Notes under the pieces: model-generated
Database searches by the model: none
The model's input: the letters and a program-made list of their open reading frames with translations, nothing else
Told to the model about the DNA's origin: nothing
Position numbers and translations under genes: made by a program
Shown here: one piece after another, positions 54,756-64,000 of the stretch
How positions within the stretch are numbered: position 1 is the first letter of the stretch
Layout: the number at the start of each line of letters is the position of its first letter
DNA from: Candidatus Omnitrophota bacterium
GTDB lineage: Bacteria > Omnitrophota > Gorgyraeia > Zapsychrales > Fredricksoniimonadaceae
Direction: 5' to 3'
Assembly (NCBI GenBank): GCA_002753465.1
Contig: PEAF01000001.1
Location: 69,455-133,454 of the forward strand
Length of the DNA stretch: 64,000 nucleotides

Positions 54756-57700
54756 CTACTCCTTTATTTGTTCTTTATTGATCAATGCCTTGCGTTCAAT
54801 GGGGTCCGTTTCATCAAAGCCAAGCAGGAACTTAATATCATCCCAATCCAGCTTTTTGGCAATGCTCTTTTCGGACAGGACCAGCGAACTCATGAGGAAT
54901 CTTTTACGCTGTTGGAGTTCCTGTATCTTTTCTTCGATCGTTCCGCGGGCAATAAAATGATACGCCAAGACAGCATTTTTCTGTCCTATGCGGTGCGTCC
55001 GATCGATCGCCTGCTGTTCAACGGCCGGATTCCACCAGGGCTCATAGAGGATCACCGTATCGGCCGATGTCAGGTTAAGTCCCAGCCCGCCCACTTTAAG
55101 GCTCAGGAGAAATACTTTAACCGCCGGGTCATTATTAAAACGCTCGACAGGTTTCTGGCGGTCTTTGGTCTGTCCATCCATATATTCATAAACGACCTTT
55201 TCCCGGTTCAGATGCTCGCGGATGATATGCAGCATACCGACAAACTGGCTGAAAATCAACACCCGATGGCCTGATGATAAAAGTTCGAGCAGTGTTTCTT
55301 TCAAAAGATCCATCTTGGCTGATACCCCGATGCGGTGCTTTGAACGGATACCGGCCAACTCCGGATGACAGCATATCTGCCGCAGGCGAAGGATCAAGGT
55401 GAGAATGAGCATTCGGCTGCGCTGAAAACCCTTCTTCTGGTAAGCGGCTGAGGCTTCCTTACGGGCTGTTTGCGCCATGGCCGCGTAAATCCTGGACTGA
55501 GTCGGTTCCAGCTCGCAAAATGACGTCTGTTCGATCTTCTCGGGCAATTCCTTGATGACATCCTCTTTTAGACGTCGCAGGACAAAGGGGGCGATACGCC
55601 GGGAAAGTTCCTTGAGCTTACCCATATCCTGATCCTGGGTGATCGGGATCTCGTAAAAAGAACGGAAGCGCTCATAATTTCCAAGGAACGATGGCATCAG
55701 AAAATCAAAGATCGACCAGATATCAGCGACACTGTTTTCCAAAGGCGTACCTGTCAATGCCAGGCGGCAATCAGAATTCAACTGCTTAACAACCCGGGCA
55801 TTGATCGTATGACGGTTCTTGATATTCTGCGCTTCATCAAGAATAAGATAATGGAATTTATGTGCGTGGTATTGTGCAATATCACGCCGAAGTAATGCGT
55901 AGGAAGTGATCACGATCTGTGCATCGCGGATCTTTTTCAAGCCCGCTGTCCGGTCATTACCGCTGATCACCAGCACCTTGAGCTGCGGCAGGAATTTCTT
56001 AACCTCGGCCTCCCAGTTCCATACTAAGGTCGTTGGACATACGATCAAAGAAGGCGCGGTACAGCCTCCTTCGATATCACGCTGAACCATGGTCAATGCC
56101 TGCAGGGTTTTTCCTAACCCCATTTCGTCAGCCAGAATGCCACCAAAACGGAACTTCTTTAGAAAAGCCATCCAACTAACGCCTTGACGTTGATAATCAC
56201 GTAAAACACCATCCACGGACGCGGGAATTGCCGCTGTTTCGATCCCTTGAAAATCCTTCAACTCATCGTAGAGCGCCTTTGTCTGTGCGTCTGCTTCAAC
56301 CGGAATACCCGATGACTTTAATTCATCCATGATAAAAGGGATATGCGCGAGCATGAGCTTGCCTTCACGCTCACGGTCCACAAAAAGCGCGGCAATACGA
56401 TCAAATGCGCCGGCATCCAGTTTTACAAATTCTCCCGTCTTAAGGCGGACGAACTTGCGACCTAAAGACAGCGTGTCCTCCAGCGCCTTCTTTGAAATAA
56501 CAATATCCTCACCAGCGACGGTGCACACAATATCGTAGGCAAACCAGTCTATGCCGAAACCCGAAACAAGAACACGCGGGCGAAGCTCTGGTCCATCCTG
56601 ATACAGCGCTTTGGCCCTGTCGGAAAGATGAACATCGCCTTCTTTCGCCAGCACATGTATCTGTGTGGAAAGAAAGTTAAACATCGCTTCTGGCCCGGCA
56701 ATAAGGTACCGGCCTGCATGGTCATCGTAAATACACTTATAATCGCGGATCAAACCCAGGGCTATTTCATCCTCACGCGCCCTGTCGCGGCGAATAAGAA
56801 CATGCTCCTCGCCCGCAGTACGCTCAACATACATGTCGCGGGTACGATTGGGATGATCGCACTTGTTCCCGGCATAATCGAATGAAAGAGTTACAGCAAG
56901 TCCCTGCCGGTCAACATCGATTGCGTAGTACGCCCTGGGCGTAACGGTCTCGAGATGCAAAGCATATGCAGCAGGGTTGTCCATGACCACTTCAGCGAAA
57001 GCTTTAAGCTGAGGTAAAACACCGGCGATGAAATGCTGACGCTCATTTGAAGATAATATCTGTTGAATGTTAAGAAAATAGGCCAGGAAGCGTCCGTTGA
57101 TCCGGGGATCAAGCAGGTGAAAATTAAGCGATGTTTCATCAAAGGCCCAGGCACGGTTGCCGGCAAAAACATCAGCGATCTGAATATTTCTGTCAGGCTG
57201 CAACGGATCAACCAATTGTGCCATGACACTGATCTTGTTCTTAGGCTTCAGGCTGATCATAGCGCGCAAACCAACAGGCGGATCTAGCGTCAGAACATAG
57301 TTGCGTAAACTCACCGGTTCTATGATATCAATCCCATTCTCAGTACTGACAACATCCAAAAGAGCGCTCAACTGAAATGGCCTGAGCCTCCATTGCAGTG
57401 TATCTGCCCCCACACTTGTTTCATGGATAAACCCGCGCAGCATCTTCAGAAAATATTCCTGTCCGGTAACAAGCGATGATGTCGGAGGTAAATGATCGTT
57501 GAGGGTATGCCGTTGCGGGGCAAGAAATTCATCTAAATTAGAGATCTTATGCGTACTCCCTTGATGGACAATGGCAAGGCCAAAGGGAAAGCCTCGTGCT
57601 GGAATCGAACGGAGCGCCTTGACTGTCAATGTCAATTGAAGCCTTGGCGCATCATAGACGGAAAGCAGAAAATCGTTTAACCCCGGGGCAGATTCTTTAG

Positions 57701-58016
57701 CCTCCAAAGTAGCCATATGTGGCGCGTTGCCTGCACTCTGTTTCCCGGGATGATCGATCAGATGCAACAGAACAGCTACGCCATGTTTACAAAGACCGGC
57801 CCAATCATACGGACAAGTGCAGCGTACCACAGGAATACCCTGCGCCAGCCCTACGGTAACTTTATAAGGGCGACGAAGCGATCCTTGCACATTCGCGCGC
57901 ACGGTATGCCCTTTACACGTAAAAGCATGTACCTTTCCGTCGATATAATACGCTTCACCACGTATAAATGTTGATCTGTCCGCCATCTTGCGGATCTGTA
58001 AATGTGTCAGATTCAT
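54756..58016 (-). CDS. SNF2-family ATPase with an N-terminal SWIM zinc finger
   Basis: The SWIM finger is CTCPYDWAGLCKHGVAVLLH. The helicase motifs are LADEMGLGKTLQ, LILDEAQNIKN, LTGTPLEN, GGLGLNLTSADTVILYEPWWNP and QAIDRTHRIGQ. Confidence 0.88.
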   Translation of the reverse strand: MNLTHLQIRKMADRSTFIRGEAYYIDGKVHAFTCKGHTVRANVQGSLRRPYKVTVGLAQGIPVVRCTCPYDWAGLCKHGVAVLLHLIDHPGKQSAGNAPHMATLEAKESAPGLNDFLLSVYDAPRLQLTLTVKALRSIPARGFPFGLAIVHQGSTHKISNLDEFLAPQRHTLNDHLPPTSSLVTGQEYFLKMLRGFIHETSVGADTLQWRLRPFQLSALLDVVSTENGIDIIEPVSLRNYVLTLDPPVGLRAMISLKPKNKISVMAQLVDPLQPDRNIQIADVFAGNRAWAFDETSLNFHLLDPRINGRFLAYFLNIQQILSSNERQHFIAGVLPQLKAFAEVVMDNPAAYALHLETVTPRAYYAIDVDRQGLAVTLSFDYAGNKCDHPNRTRDMYVERTAGEEHVLIRRDRAREDEIALGLIRDYKCIYDDHAGRYLIAGPEAMFNFLSTQIHVLAKEGDVHLSDRAKALYQDGPELRPRVLVSGFGIDWFAYDIVCTVAGEDIVISKKALEDTLSLGRKFVRLKTGEFVKLDAGAFDRIAALFVDREREGKLMLAHIPFIMDELKSSGIPVEADAQTKALYDELKDFQGIETAAIPASVDGVLRDYQRQGVSWMAFLKKFRFGGILADEMGLGKTLQALTMVQRDIEGGCTAPSLIVCPTTLVWNWEAEVKKFLPQLKVLVISGNDRTAGLKKIRDAQIVITSYALLRRDIAQYHAHKFHYLILDEAQNIKNRHTINARVVKQLNSDCRLALTGTPLENSVADIWSIFDFLMPSFLGNYERFRSFYEIPITQDQDMGKLKELSRRIAPFVLRRLKEDVIKELPEKIEQTSFCELEPTQSRIYAAMAQTARKEASAAYQKKGFQRSRMLILTLILRLRQICCHPELAGIRSKHRIGVSAKMDLLKETLLELLSSGHRVLIFSQFVGMLHIIREHLNREKVVYEYMDGQTKDRQKPVERFNNDPAVKVFLLSLKVGGLGLNLTSADTVILYEPWWNPAVEQQAIDRTHRIGQKNAVLAYHFIARGTIEEKIQELQQRKRFLMSSLVLSEKSIAKKLDWDDIKFLLGFDETDPIERKALINKEQIKE

Positions 58017-58537
58017 AACGTCAAACGTCCATCAGGTTCTCTGAGGCCTTTCACTAACGCACTCTGCAAAGAAGAAAGGATCATTGTCAGGAGTACAGAT
58101 GCTCCGAAGAAATATATCCCGATCTCTGCCCTGGCAGACGCTAAAGGCCCGAGTTTGATCCATACGATAATGATCGCCGTGACAAAGACATCGAGCATGG
58201 ACCATTTTCCAAAGATCTCCATGAAATAGATCAGCCGCTGCCTGCGCTCGTCGGTCAGTTTTATCAACCATACAGCGGAGAGCGCGATCAGTTTGGCAAT
58301 GGGGAAAATGACAGAAAAGACAAAGATGATCAAGGCCAGAACGTATAGCTTTTCATGCCAGAGATTTTGGACACCTGTCAGAATTGAGTATGTATTGGTT
58401 TCCCATAGTTTTCGGACGGTCATGACAGGAAGGCTGAGCCCGATCAAAAGCAAGCACATAGAAAGCGTGAGTAGAACGGCTACATCGATCCTGTTAGGAT
58501 GAAGTTCTTGAAGGGATTTTATTGGTTGTGTGGGCAT
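58013..58537 (-). CDS. PqiA (paraquat-inducible protein A) family membrane protein, single-domain
   Basis: SLPVMTV...TYSILTGVQNLWHEKLYVLALIIFVFSVIFPIAKL follows the PqiA repeat pattern with 4 TM segments. The stop overlaps the SNF2 start by 4 nt. Confidence 0.6.
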   Translation of the reverse strand: MPTQPIKSLQELHPNRIDVAVLLTLSMCLLLIGLSLPVMTVRKLWETNTYSILTGVQNLWHEKLYVLALIIFVFSVIFPIAKLIALSAVWLIKLTDERRQRLIYFMEIFGKWSMLDVFVTAIIIVWIKLGPLASARAEIGIYFFGASVLLTMILSSLQSALVKGLREPDGRLTL

Positions 58538-58566
58538 ATTTTTATATTATACCTTGATAATGAGCA

Positions 58567-58601
58567 AAGGCCGCCAGATATCTCTGACGGCCTTGTTTTT
58601 T
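58567..58601. terminator. GC-rich hairpin between kdpE and the pqiA-like gene (possible bidirectional terminator)
   Basis: AAGGCCG-N14-CGGCCTT is followed on the plus strand by TGTTTTTT. On the minus strand (the transcribed sense of both neighbours) only TTTGCTCATT follows it. Confidence 0.4.
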
Positions 58602-58639
58602 AAAGCTTCTCGGTTATCAAAGGAAGTCACCGCTGAAGC

Positions 58640-59326
58640 CTATAATAAGTTAAAGCGATACCCTATACCAGGCTCATTGACAATGCGCTTAGGCTGAGCC
58701 GGAGCATCTTCGATCTTTTGCCGAAGATGATTCAAATAAACGCGAACAGAATTTAATTTCTCTTCATTATCAGTTCCCCAAACATCCCTTAGAATTTGGC
58801 GCATCGTAAGGACGCGGCCAGCATTCTTAATGAACAATGTCAGTAATCCATATTCAATCGCTGTAAGCTTGAGCGGTTGTCCATGGAGAGTGGCGATACG
58901 TGTATTAAACTCCAGCCGCAGTCCCGCGTTCTCAAAGACTTCATCAATGATACCGGGCGTTGTCTTACGCCGGAGCACGGCCTGAAGACGCGCTGTCAGC
59001 TCAACCGCCGAGAACGGCTTGGTCACATAATCATCAGCGCCATTCTCAAGGCATTTAACCTTGATCTCTTCCTGTCCACGGACAGAGACCATGATCACGG
59101 CTACATCGCTTATTTCCCTGATCCTCAGTAACACATCCGAACCTTCCATATCCGGCAAACCCATGTCCAGCAGCACAGCATTAGGCTTCCTGTAAACAAG
59201 TTCCGACAGACCTTCCTTGCCCGTACCGGCAGAAATCATCGCATAACCAGCATGGGTCAGGATCATCCGCAAAAGCTTTTGAATCTGCGGCTCATCATCA
59301 ATGACAAGAACTAGGCCTTTGGACAT
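58640..59326 (-). CDS. kdpE: OmpR-family response regulator KdpE
   Basis: The receiver carries VLVIDDEPQ, LLDMGLPDMEG and VTKP, and the winged helix carries LRVYLNHLRQKIE and EPGIGYRF. Start is at Met 59326, 1 nt after the kdpD stop. Confidence 0.85.
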   Translation of the reverse strand: MSKGLVLVIDDEPQIQKLLRMILTHAGYAMISAGTGKEGLSELVYRKPNAVLLDMGLPDMEGSDVLLRIREISDVAVIMVSVRGQEEIKVKCLENGADDYVTKPFSAVELTARLQAVLRRKTTPGIIDEVFENAGLRLEFNTRIATLHGQPLKLTAIEYGLLTLFIKNAGRVLTMRQILRDVWGTDNEEKLNSVRVYLNHLRQKIEDAPAQPKRIVNEPGIGYRFNLL

Positions 59327-59327
59327 T

Positions 59328-61982
59328 TCACTCCCCGCCTTCCTTCTCAACTACCGGTAAAGCCATGCTCACCATAAAGCCTTGAGGTGTCAAATTACTT
59401 GCTTCAACAGTTCCATTATTTAATTCCACGAAACGCTTGGCAATAGAAAGTCCTAAGCCCAACCCGCCCTTCTTGGTTTGCGCCCCCCGATAGAATTTAT
59501 CGAAGATCTTATTCAAGGTCTCTTGTGGAATACCACCACCCTGATCAACAACATTGATCAAGATCTTCTGATTCAAGGAATTGGCCTTAACATCGACCAT
59601 GCCTTGCGCCGGGCCATGGATCAATGCGTTACTGACAATGTTCTTGAGCGACTGTGTCAGCATATAAAAATCCGCCTGAACATACAGCGGAACATCTGGA
59701 CATTCGATCTTGACTCGATCTTTATTAACTCCAACGGCAGCCTGTTTTACGGCCTCATTAACGATGTCTCTGACCTCACACCACGCGTAATTCGGTTGGA
59801 AGTTACCTGTATCAAGTTTTGTCAGATCTAATACCGCATCGACGCTATTCGTTAACCGCAGGCTCGCCAAACGGCTTTCTTCCAGAAGATCCAAAGCATC
59901 CTTTGGCCATTCATGATACAGAAGAAGCGCGTCCAGATATCCGGCAATGATCGTCAAAGGGGTCTTCAACTCATGGGAAAGATTATCCAGCAATGCGCTC
60001 TGAAGATTCTGGGTGTCTTCTTTCATTCTGGCTTCACGCGAGATCCGAAGCAAACTATCCTTTTCAAGCATAAGCGTCATAAGCGCAGTAAAAGATTCCA
60101 AGAGTGTCCGCTGAGCCAGATCAAGACGTTTCCCTTCCAAAAGCTGGATGACTAACACGGCCCTGACGTTTCCTGACGACATCAAAGGTAGATACATGAG
60201 CGGCTGCTGCGGCAGAGTATCACTAAAACGTCCAGCCGTCTTTTTATTGCCAATAACCCAATGCACAATTCCTTTTTGCTCATCCGTCAAGCTGATCTGA
60301 TCTCCCATCAGTACATCGAAAACAGGCTCCAGCGCACCGTTCATCATCACAACCGTGCTCTGGGATCTGCACAGCGTATTGATCTGTGCTGTTCCAATCC
60401 GCATGGCCTGATTCAAATCTGTACTTACAGCCAAAGCCCGCGTCAGTGTGTACAAGGATTCGGTGCGAATACGCTGCCTTTTCTCAATCTCTTTTTGCCG
60501 CCTCAATTTGGATGTCACAAGGCCCATCATCAGAGCCGTAATAAAAAACATGACCAGCATCGCGATGTCATAATCTTTATTGATGATGAACGTATATTTG
60601 GGAGGAATGAACAAATAATCCCAAGCCAGGGCGCTTAATGCCGCGAGCATCAAAGCCGCGGTTCTTCCCATAAAAACCCCACTCAAAACCACGGCCAGCA
60701 GATAGATCAACCCCAGTGTCTGATAACCGGTAAATTTCTCAAAGAAAAGTGCCGTAACAGTAGCCAACGTGACCATGAGAAGGCTTAAGCCATATTCATA
60801 TGGCCTAAATCGAGGAATAAAATCACGATGCTTCTCTGGGATAATTTTTTCTGTTGATGACAGGCGAACGACATGAATATCAATCTCACCGCATAATTCA
60901 ACCAACTTATCCGTCAAAGAGGGCGCCCCAAACAAACGTCGCCAGAATTTCTGCGGCGACTTACCAACAATGATTTGGGTAACATTTTCTTTGTTAGCCA
61001 CATCAATAATCTCACGCGACAGATCATCGCCTTCTTTGTGCATAACCTCAGCACCAAGCAAACGCGCCAAGGCCAGATTCTTAAGTACACGGTCTTTATC
61101 ATCTTCGGTGGCTGGTGTTGAACTCTCCACATGAAGGGCAATCCAGGAAGCGTCCAGCATCCCCGCCCAGCGCCGGGTCATACGAATGAGCGATTCTGAA
61201 AAAGGCGTCGCTCCAACCGCCACCAAAATACGTTCCCCGCTCTGATTGGGCCCAACAATACCTTTGGAAGCCATCAGTGATCGTAAATGACGATTTACAT
61301 GCGCCGCCGTGAGACGCAAGGCCATCTCCCGAAGCGCTGTTAAATTCTCAGTCTTAAAGAAGCTGTCAGCTGCCACCGAGCGGACTTGGTCGGGAACATA
61401 GACTTTCCCCTCTGCCAGACGCTTTCGCAATGCCTGAGGTGAGAGATCTACCAATGTGATCTCAAAGGCTTCGTCCAAAATGGTGTCTGGAACGGTTTCC
61501 CCAACCAAAATGCGCGTTACGGCATGGATGTCTTCTTTGTGGCTTTCGACATGCTGAACATTAAGTGTTGTGAAGACATCGATGCCCGCAGACAGTAATT
61601 CAAGAACATCCTGATAACGTTTGGGATGACGACTGCCTGGAATATTGGTATGGGCTAACTCATCGACGAGCACAAGTTGAGGACGAAGATGCAATATCTC
61701 ATCGATATCCATTTCCTCAAAAGTTTTGTCACGGTAGTTAATAATCTTTATCGGGATTTTGTTAAGCCCCTGAGACAGAGCCTCGGTTTCCGCACGGCCA
61801 TGCGTATAAACGATTCCAGCGAGCACACGCACTCCCTCGGCCTGCCGCGCCAGAGCTTCCTGAAGCATGGCATAGGTCTTGCCAACGCCGGGACACATGC
61901 CGAAGAAAATTCGTAACTTTCCCCGCTTATTATCCTCAGCGTTGATGTTTAATAGAAGTGCGTCTGGATCAGGTCTTTCCAT
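59328..61982 (-). CDS. kdpD: Sensor histidine kinase KdpD
   Basis: An N-terminal KdpD domain (FFGMCPGVGKTYAML) and a Usp-like segment are followed by 4 TM segments and a GAF-like region. Then come the H-box LSHELKTPLT and GGLGLGLSIAKRFV. Confidence 0.9.
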   Translation of the reverse strand: MERPDPDALLLNINAEDNKRGKLRIFFGMCPGVGKTYAMLQEALARQAEGVRVLAGIVYTHGRAETEALSQGLNKIPIKIINYRDKTFEEMDIDEILHLRPQLVLVDELAHTNIPGSRHPKRYQDVLELLSAGIDVFTTLNVQHVESHKEDIHAVTRILVGETVPDTILDEAFEITLVDLSPQALRKRLAEGKVYVPDQVRSVAADSFFKTENLTALREMALRLTAAHVNRHLRSLMASKGIVGPNQSGERILVAVGATPFSESLIRMTRRWAGMLDASWIALHVESSTPATEDDKDRVLKNLALARLLGAEVMHKEGDDLSREIIDVANKENVTQIIVGKSPQKFWRRLFGAPSLTDKLVELCGEIDIHVVRLSSTEKIIPEKHRDFIPRFRPYEYGLSLLMVTLATVTALFFEKFTGYQTLGLIYLLAVVLSGVFMGRTAALMLAALSALAWDYLFIPPKYTFIINKDYDIAMLVMFFITALMMGLVTSKLRRQKEIEKRQRIRTESLYTLTRALAVSTDLNQAMRIGTAQINTLCRSQSTVVMMNGALEPVFDVLMGDQISLTDEQKGIVHWVIGNKKTAGRFSDTLPQQPLMYLPLMSSGNVRAVLVIQLLEGKRLDLAQRTLLESFTALMTLMLEKDSLLRISREARMKEDTQNLQSALLDNLSHELKTPLTIIAGYLDALLLYHEWPKDALDLLEESRLASLRLTNSVDAVLDLTKLDTGNFQPNYAWCEVRDIVNEAVKQAAVGVNKDRVKIECPDVPLYVQADFYMLTQSLKNIVSNALIHGPAQGMVDVKANSLNQKILINVVDQGGGIPQETLNKIFDKFYRGAQTKKGGLGLGLSIAKRFVELNNGTVEASNLTPQGFMVSMALPVVEKEGGE

Positions 61983-62018
61983 GAGTTATATTTTACTTTC
62001 AATTAGTTTATAGACTAA

Positions 62019-62597
62019 TTATATCTTTAACCTATCTAAAGCCAGGTTAACCTTGAGAACATTAACGACTGGCTCTCCAACCAGTCCAAGAAAGCGTCCG
62101 CTTGTGTTCTGGTCGATTACCTGCCGAATTATCACCTCTGACATGTTTCTTACCCGAGCAATACGCGCAAGCTGATAATAGACACCAGCCAAACTCAAAT
62201 GTGGATCTAATCCGCTCGCCGAGGCTGTCACCAGATCGACAGGAACTGGAGCCTGATTGCCCGCATCAACGGCTTTCAATGCCGCAATCCTTACCTTAAC
62301 AGCGTCAACCAATGCCGGATTAGACGGCCCCAAATTTGAACCCGACGAAGCAGCGGCATTATACACCGGTGTTGTTGCCGAAAGTCTGCCCCAGAAATAC
62401 TTGGGATCATCAAAATTCTGCCCGATAAGTGTTGATCCGATTACTATTCCCTCACTCGAATAGACCAAACTTCCATTGGCCTGTTTGTGAAAGAACACCT
62501 GAGACACCCCGGTAACGACCAGCGGATAAATAACACCGGTGATCACGGTTAACACAATGAAGATCATTAAAGCTGGTCTGATCTGTTCACGCCACAT
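62019..62597 (-). CDS. kdpC: K+-transporting ATPase subunit KdpC
   Basis: IRPALMIFIVLTVITGVIYPLVVTG, GSNLGPSNP and SASGLDPHLS. Confidence 0.9.
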   Translation of the reverse strand: MWREQIRPALMIFIVLTVITGVIYPLVVTGVSQVFFHKQANGSLVYSSEGIVIGSTLIGQNFDDPKYFWGRLSATTPVYNAAASSGSNLGPSNPALVDAVKVRIAALKAVDAGNQAPVPVDLVTASASGLDPHLSLAGVYYQLARIARVRNMSEVIIRQVIDQNTSGRFLGLVGEPVVNVLKVNLALDRLKI

Positions 62598-62609
62598 AAC
62601 TGCCTCCGT

Positions 62610-64000
62610 TTAAACCAAATGTAAAGTCACTAGGATCATATCGATCAATTTAATGCCTACAAACGGCGTAATAAGTCCACCAAGTCCATAAATCAAAAGA
62701 TTATCTCTCAACAAACGGCTTGCCGGCATCGGACGATAAGGAACACCGAACAAGGATAGCGGGATCAGAAAGATAATGATCAGCGCGTTAAAAATAACAG
62801 CCGATAATACCGCGCTTTGCGGTGTTGCCAAGTGCATGATGTTAAGTGCCTTCAGCGCCGGATAAGTCCCTACGAACGCAGCCGGAATGATGGCAAAATA
62901 CTTGGAAACGTCATTGGAGATGCTAAATGTTGTTAAAGACCCACGCGTCATAAGAAGCTGCTTGCCGATCTCTACAACTTCAATGAGCTTTGTCGGATTA
63001 GAATCCAGATCCACCATGTTTCCCGCCTCTTTGGCCGCCTGCGTTCCGGTATGCATGGCGACAGCAACATCTGCCTGCGCCAACGCGGGAGCATCATTGG
63101 TTCCATCACCTGTCATCGCCACCAGCCGTCCGCCTGATTGCATTTCGCGAATAAGCTTCAGCTTAGCCTCCGGCGTCGCTTGTGCCAGAAAGTCATCCAT
63201 CCCGGCTTCCGCTGCAATAGAAGCCGCTGTCAAAGGATTATCACCGGTGATCATGATGGTCTTGATCCCCATGCGCCTGAGCTCAGCAAACCGCTCTTTG
63301 ATCCCACCCTTGATAATATCCTTCAACTGGATCACACCCAGAACACGGTTATTTTCACACACCGCCAAAGGAGTGCCGCCGCTCTTCGATATCGTTTCGA
63401 TAGTTGATTTTAAATCCTCTGGGAAAATCCCTCCGTGAATCTTGACGTAATTCTCAATGGCTTCAACGGCACCTTTTCTGATCTCTTTACCCCCGGCAAG
63501 ATCAACCCCGCTCATCTTAGTCTGGGCCGTAAAAGGAACAAACTTGGCCTCAATATCGTGGATCTGCCTCTCCCGAATGCCATGTTTCTGTTTTGCCAAA
63601 ACGACGATGCTGCGCCCTTCCGGCGTCTCGTCAGACAATGATGAAAGTTGTGCTGCATCAGCCAAAACCTCAACGCTGATACCGTAAGCAGGGAAAAACG
63701 CCACAGCCTGACGGTTGCCCAGCGTGATCGTTCCTGTCTTATCAAGAAGAAGAACATCAACATCCCCGGCGGCTTCAACGGCGCGACCGGATGTAGCGAT
63801 CACATTCGCCTGGATCATCCGATCCATACCCGCAATACCAATCGCCGGAAGCAACCCCCCTATCGTTGTCGGAATAAGGCAAACCAGAAGCGCCACCAAC
63901 ACAGTCACGGAGATTACCTCGCCATGACCTGCAGCACTCACGCTATAGATTGAAAACGGCAACAGTGTAACCGTAACCAAAAGAAATATGATCGTGAACA
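62610..64000 (-). CDS. kdpB: K+-transporting P-type ATPase subunit KdpB; N-terminus lies beyond the window
   Basis: [20 protein letters not shown] and [19 protein letters not shown]. The frame stays open upstream of the track's TTG 'start' at 63980 (…[12 protein letters not shown]) to the window edge. Confidence 0.9.
   Translation of the reverse strand, partial: FTIIFLLVTVTLLPFSIYSVSAAGHGEVISVTVLVALLVCLIPTTIGGLLPAIGIAGMDRMIQANVIATSGRAVEAAGDVDVLLLDKTGTITLGNRQAVAFFPAYGISVEVLADAAQLSSLSDETPEGRSIVVLAKQKHGIRERQIHDIEAKFVPFTAQTKMSGVDLAGGKEIRKGAVEAIENYVKIHGGIFPEDLKSTIETISKSGGTPLAVCENNRVLGVIQLKDIIKGGIKERFAELRRMGIKTIMITGDNPLTAASIAAEAGMDDFLAQATPEAKLKLIREMQSGGRLVAMTGDGTNDAPALAQADVAVAMHTGTQAAKEAGNMVDLDSNPTKLIEVVEIGKQLLMTRGSLTTFSISNDVSKYFAIIPAAFVGTYPALKALNIMHLATPQSAVLSAVIFNALIIIFLIPLSLFGVPYRPMPASRLLRDNLLIYGLGGLITPFVGIKLIDMILVTLHLV

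Noticed and set aside
54681-55274. 197-aa plus-strand ORF across the htpG/SNF2 junction.
   Set aside because: It is antisense to the conserved C-terminal helicase motifs of the SNF2 gene and has no recognisable domain.
54756-58016. The SNF2 ATPase as part of a phage-defence system (DISARM-like, for example).
   Set aside because: No methyltransferase, PLD/nuclease, DUF1998 or other defence partner is adjacent. The SWIM + SNF2 architecture of this size is a common stand-alone bacterial remodeler, and its neighbours are htpG and membrane proteins.
62887-63438. 183-aa plus-strand ORF inside kdpB.
   Set aside because: It is antisense to the DKTGT...TGDGTNDAP core of KdpB. The Ala/Ser/Pro-rich composition is typical of a shadow frame.
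1-64000. CRISPR arrays, tRNA/rRNA genes, transposases, integrases, prophage genes and an alternative genetic code.
   Set aside because: No regularly spaced direct repeats, cloverleaf-type segments or recombinase motifs turned up on reading both strands. All long genes are intact under the standard code, with no in-frame stops suggesting recoding. The island therefore has no visible mobility signature within this window.

Overview
This 64 kb window is a densely coded bacterial chromosome segment with moderate GC by eye and almost every gene on the minus strand. It probably comes from an uncultivated anaerobe; anaerobic sulfite reductase, many radical SAM enzymes, hemerythrin and a CxxC-x17-CxxC mini-protein point that way. 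The taxonomic guess (PVC/Omnitrophota-like) is speculative. I found no rRNA, tRNA, CRISPR array, transposase or integrase.

Layout:
- 1-3 kb: a DAACS symporter that the ORF track misses, a zinc-ribbon mini-protein, and rsmH.
- 3-27.4 kb: an accessory-looking island with 8 radical SAM enzymes (5 B12-binding class B type, 3 with SPASM/twitch motifs). It also holds 3 paralogous GT-C/PMT_2-like membrane glycosyltransferases, a class I methyltransferase, a CysK-like PLP enzyme, a RidA protein and a formyltransferase-like fusion. An alkaline-phosphatase-fold protein and a 1199-aa secreted PQQ-like beta-propeller protein complete it. It includes a tandemly duplicated [B12-rSAM + GT-C] cassette.
- 27.5-31.7 kb: a divergent glgE / glgM-type pair (the GlgE alpha-glucan route).
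- 31.7-36.2 kb: a cupin-hemerythrin-asrABC-FNT channel operon.
- 36.3-44.7 kb: a signalling operon with 2 sensor kinases, 3 stand-alone receivers and a GspE/PilB-type ATPase fused to a receiver, plus a PilZ protein.
- 44.8-49.5 kb: an overlapping six-hairpin GH / GT4 / cfa operon.
- 49.6-58.5 kb: two hsp20 genes, a small conserved protein, a TPR-GT-C (TMTC-like) protein, htpG, a SWIM-SNF2 ATPase and a PqiA-like protein.
- 58.6-64 kb: kdpE, kdpD, kdpC and partial kdpB.

The best candidate for an undescribed system is the radical-SAM/GT-C island. I infer it tailors a membrane lipid or glycan rather than a peptide. All family calls come from motif reading by eye; no database search was run.
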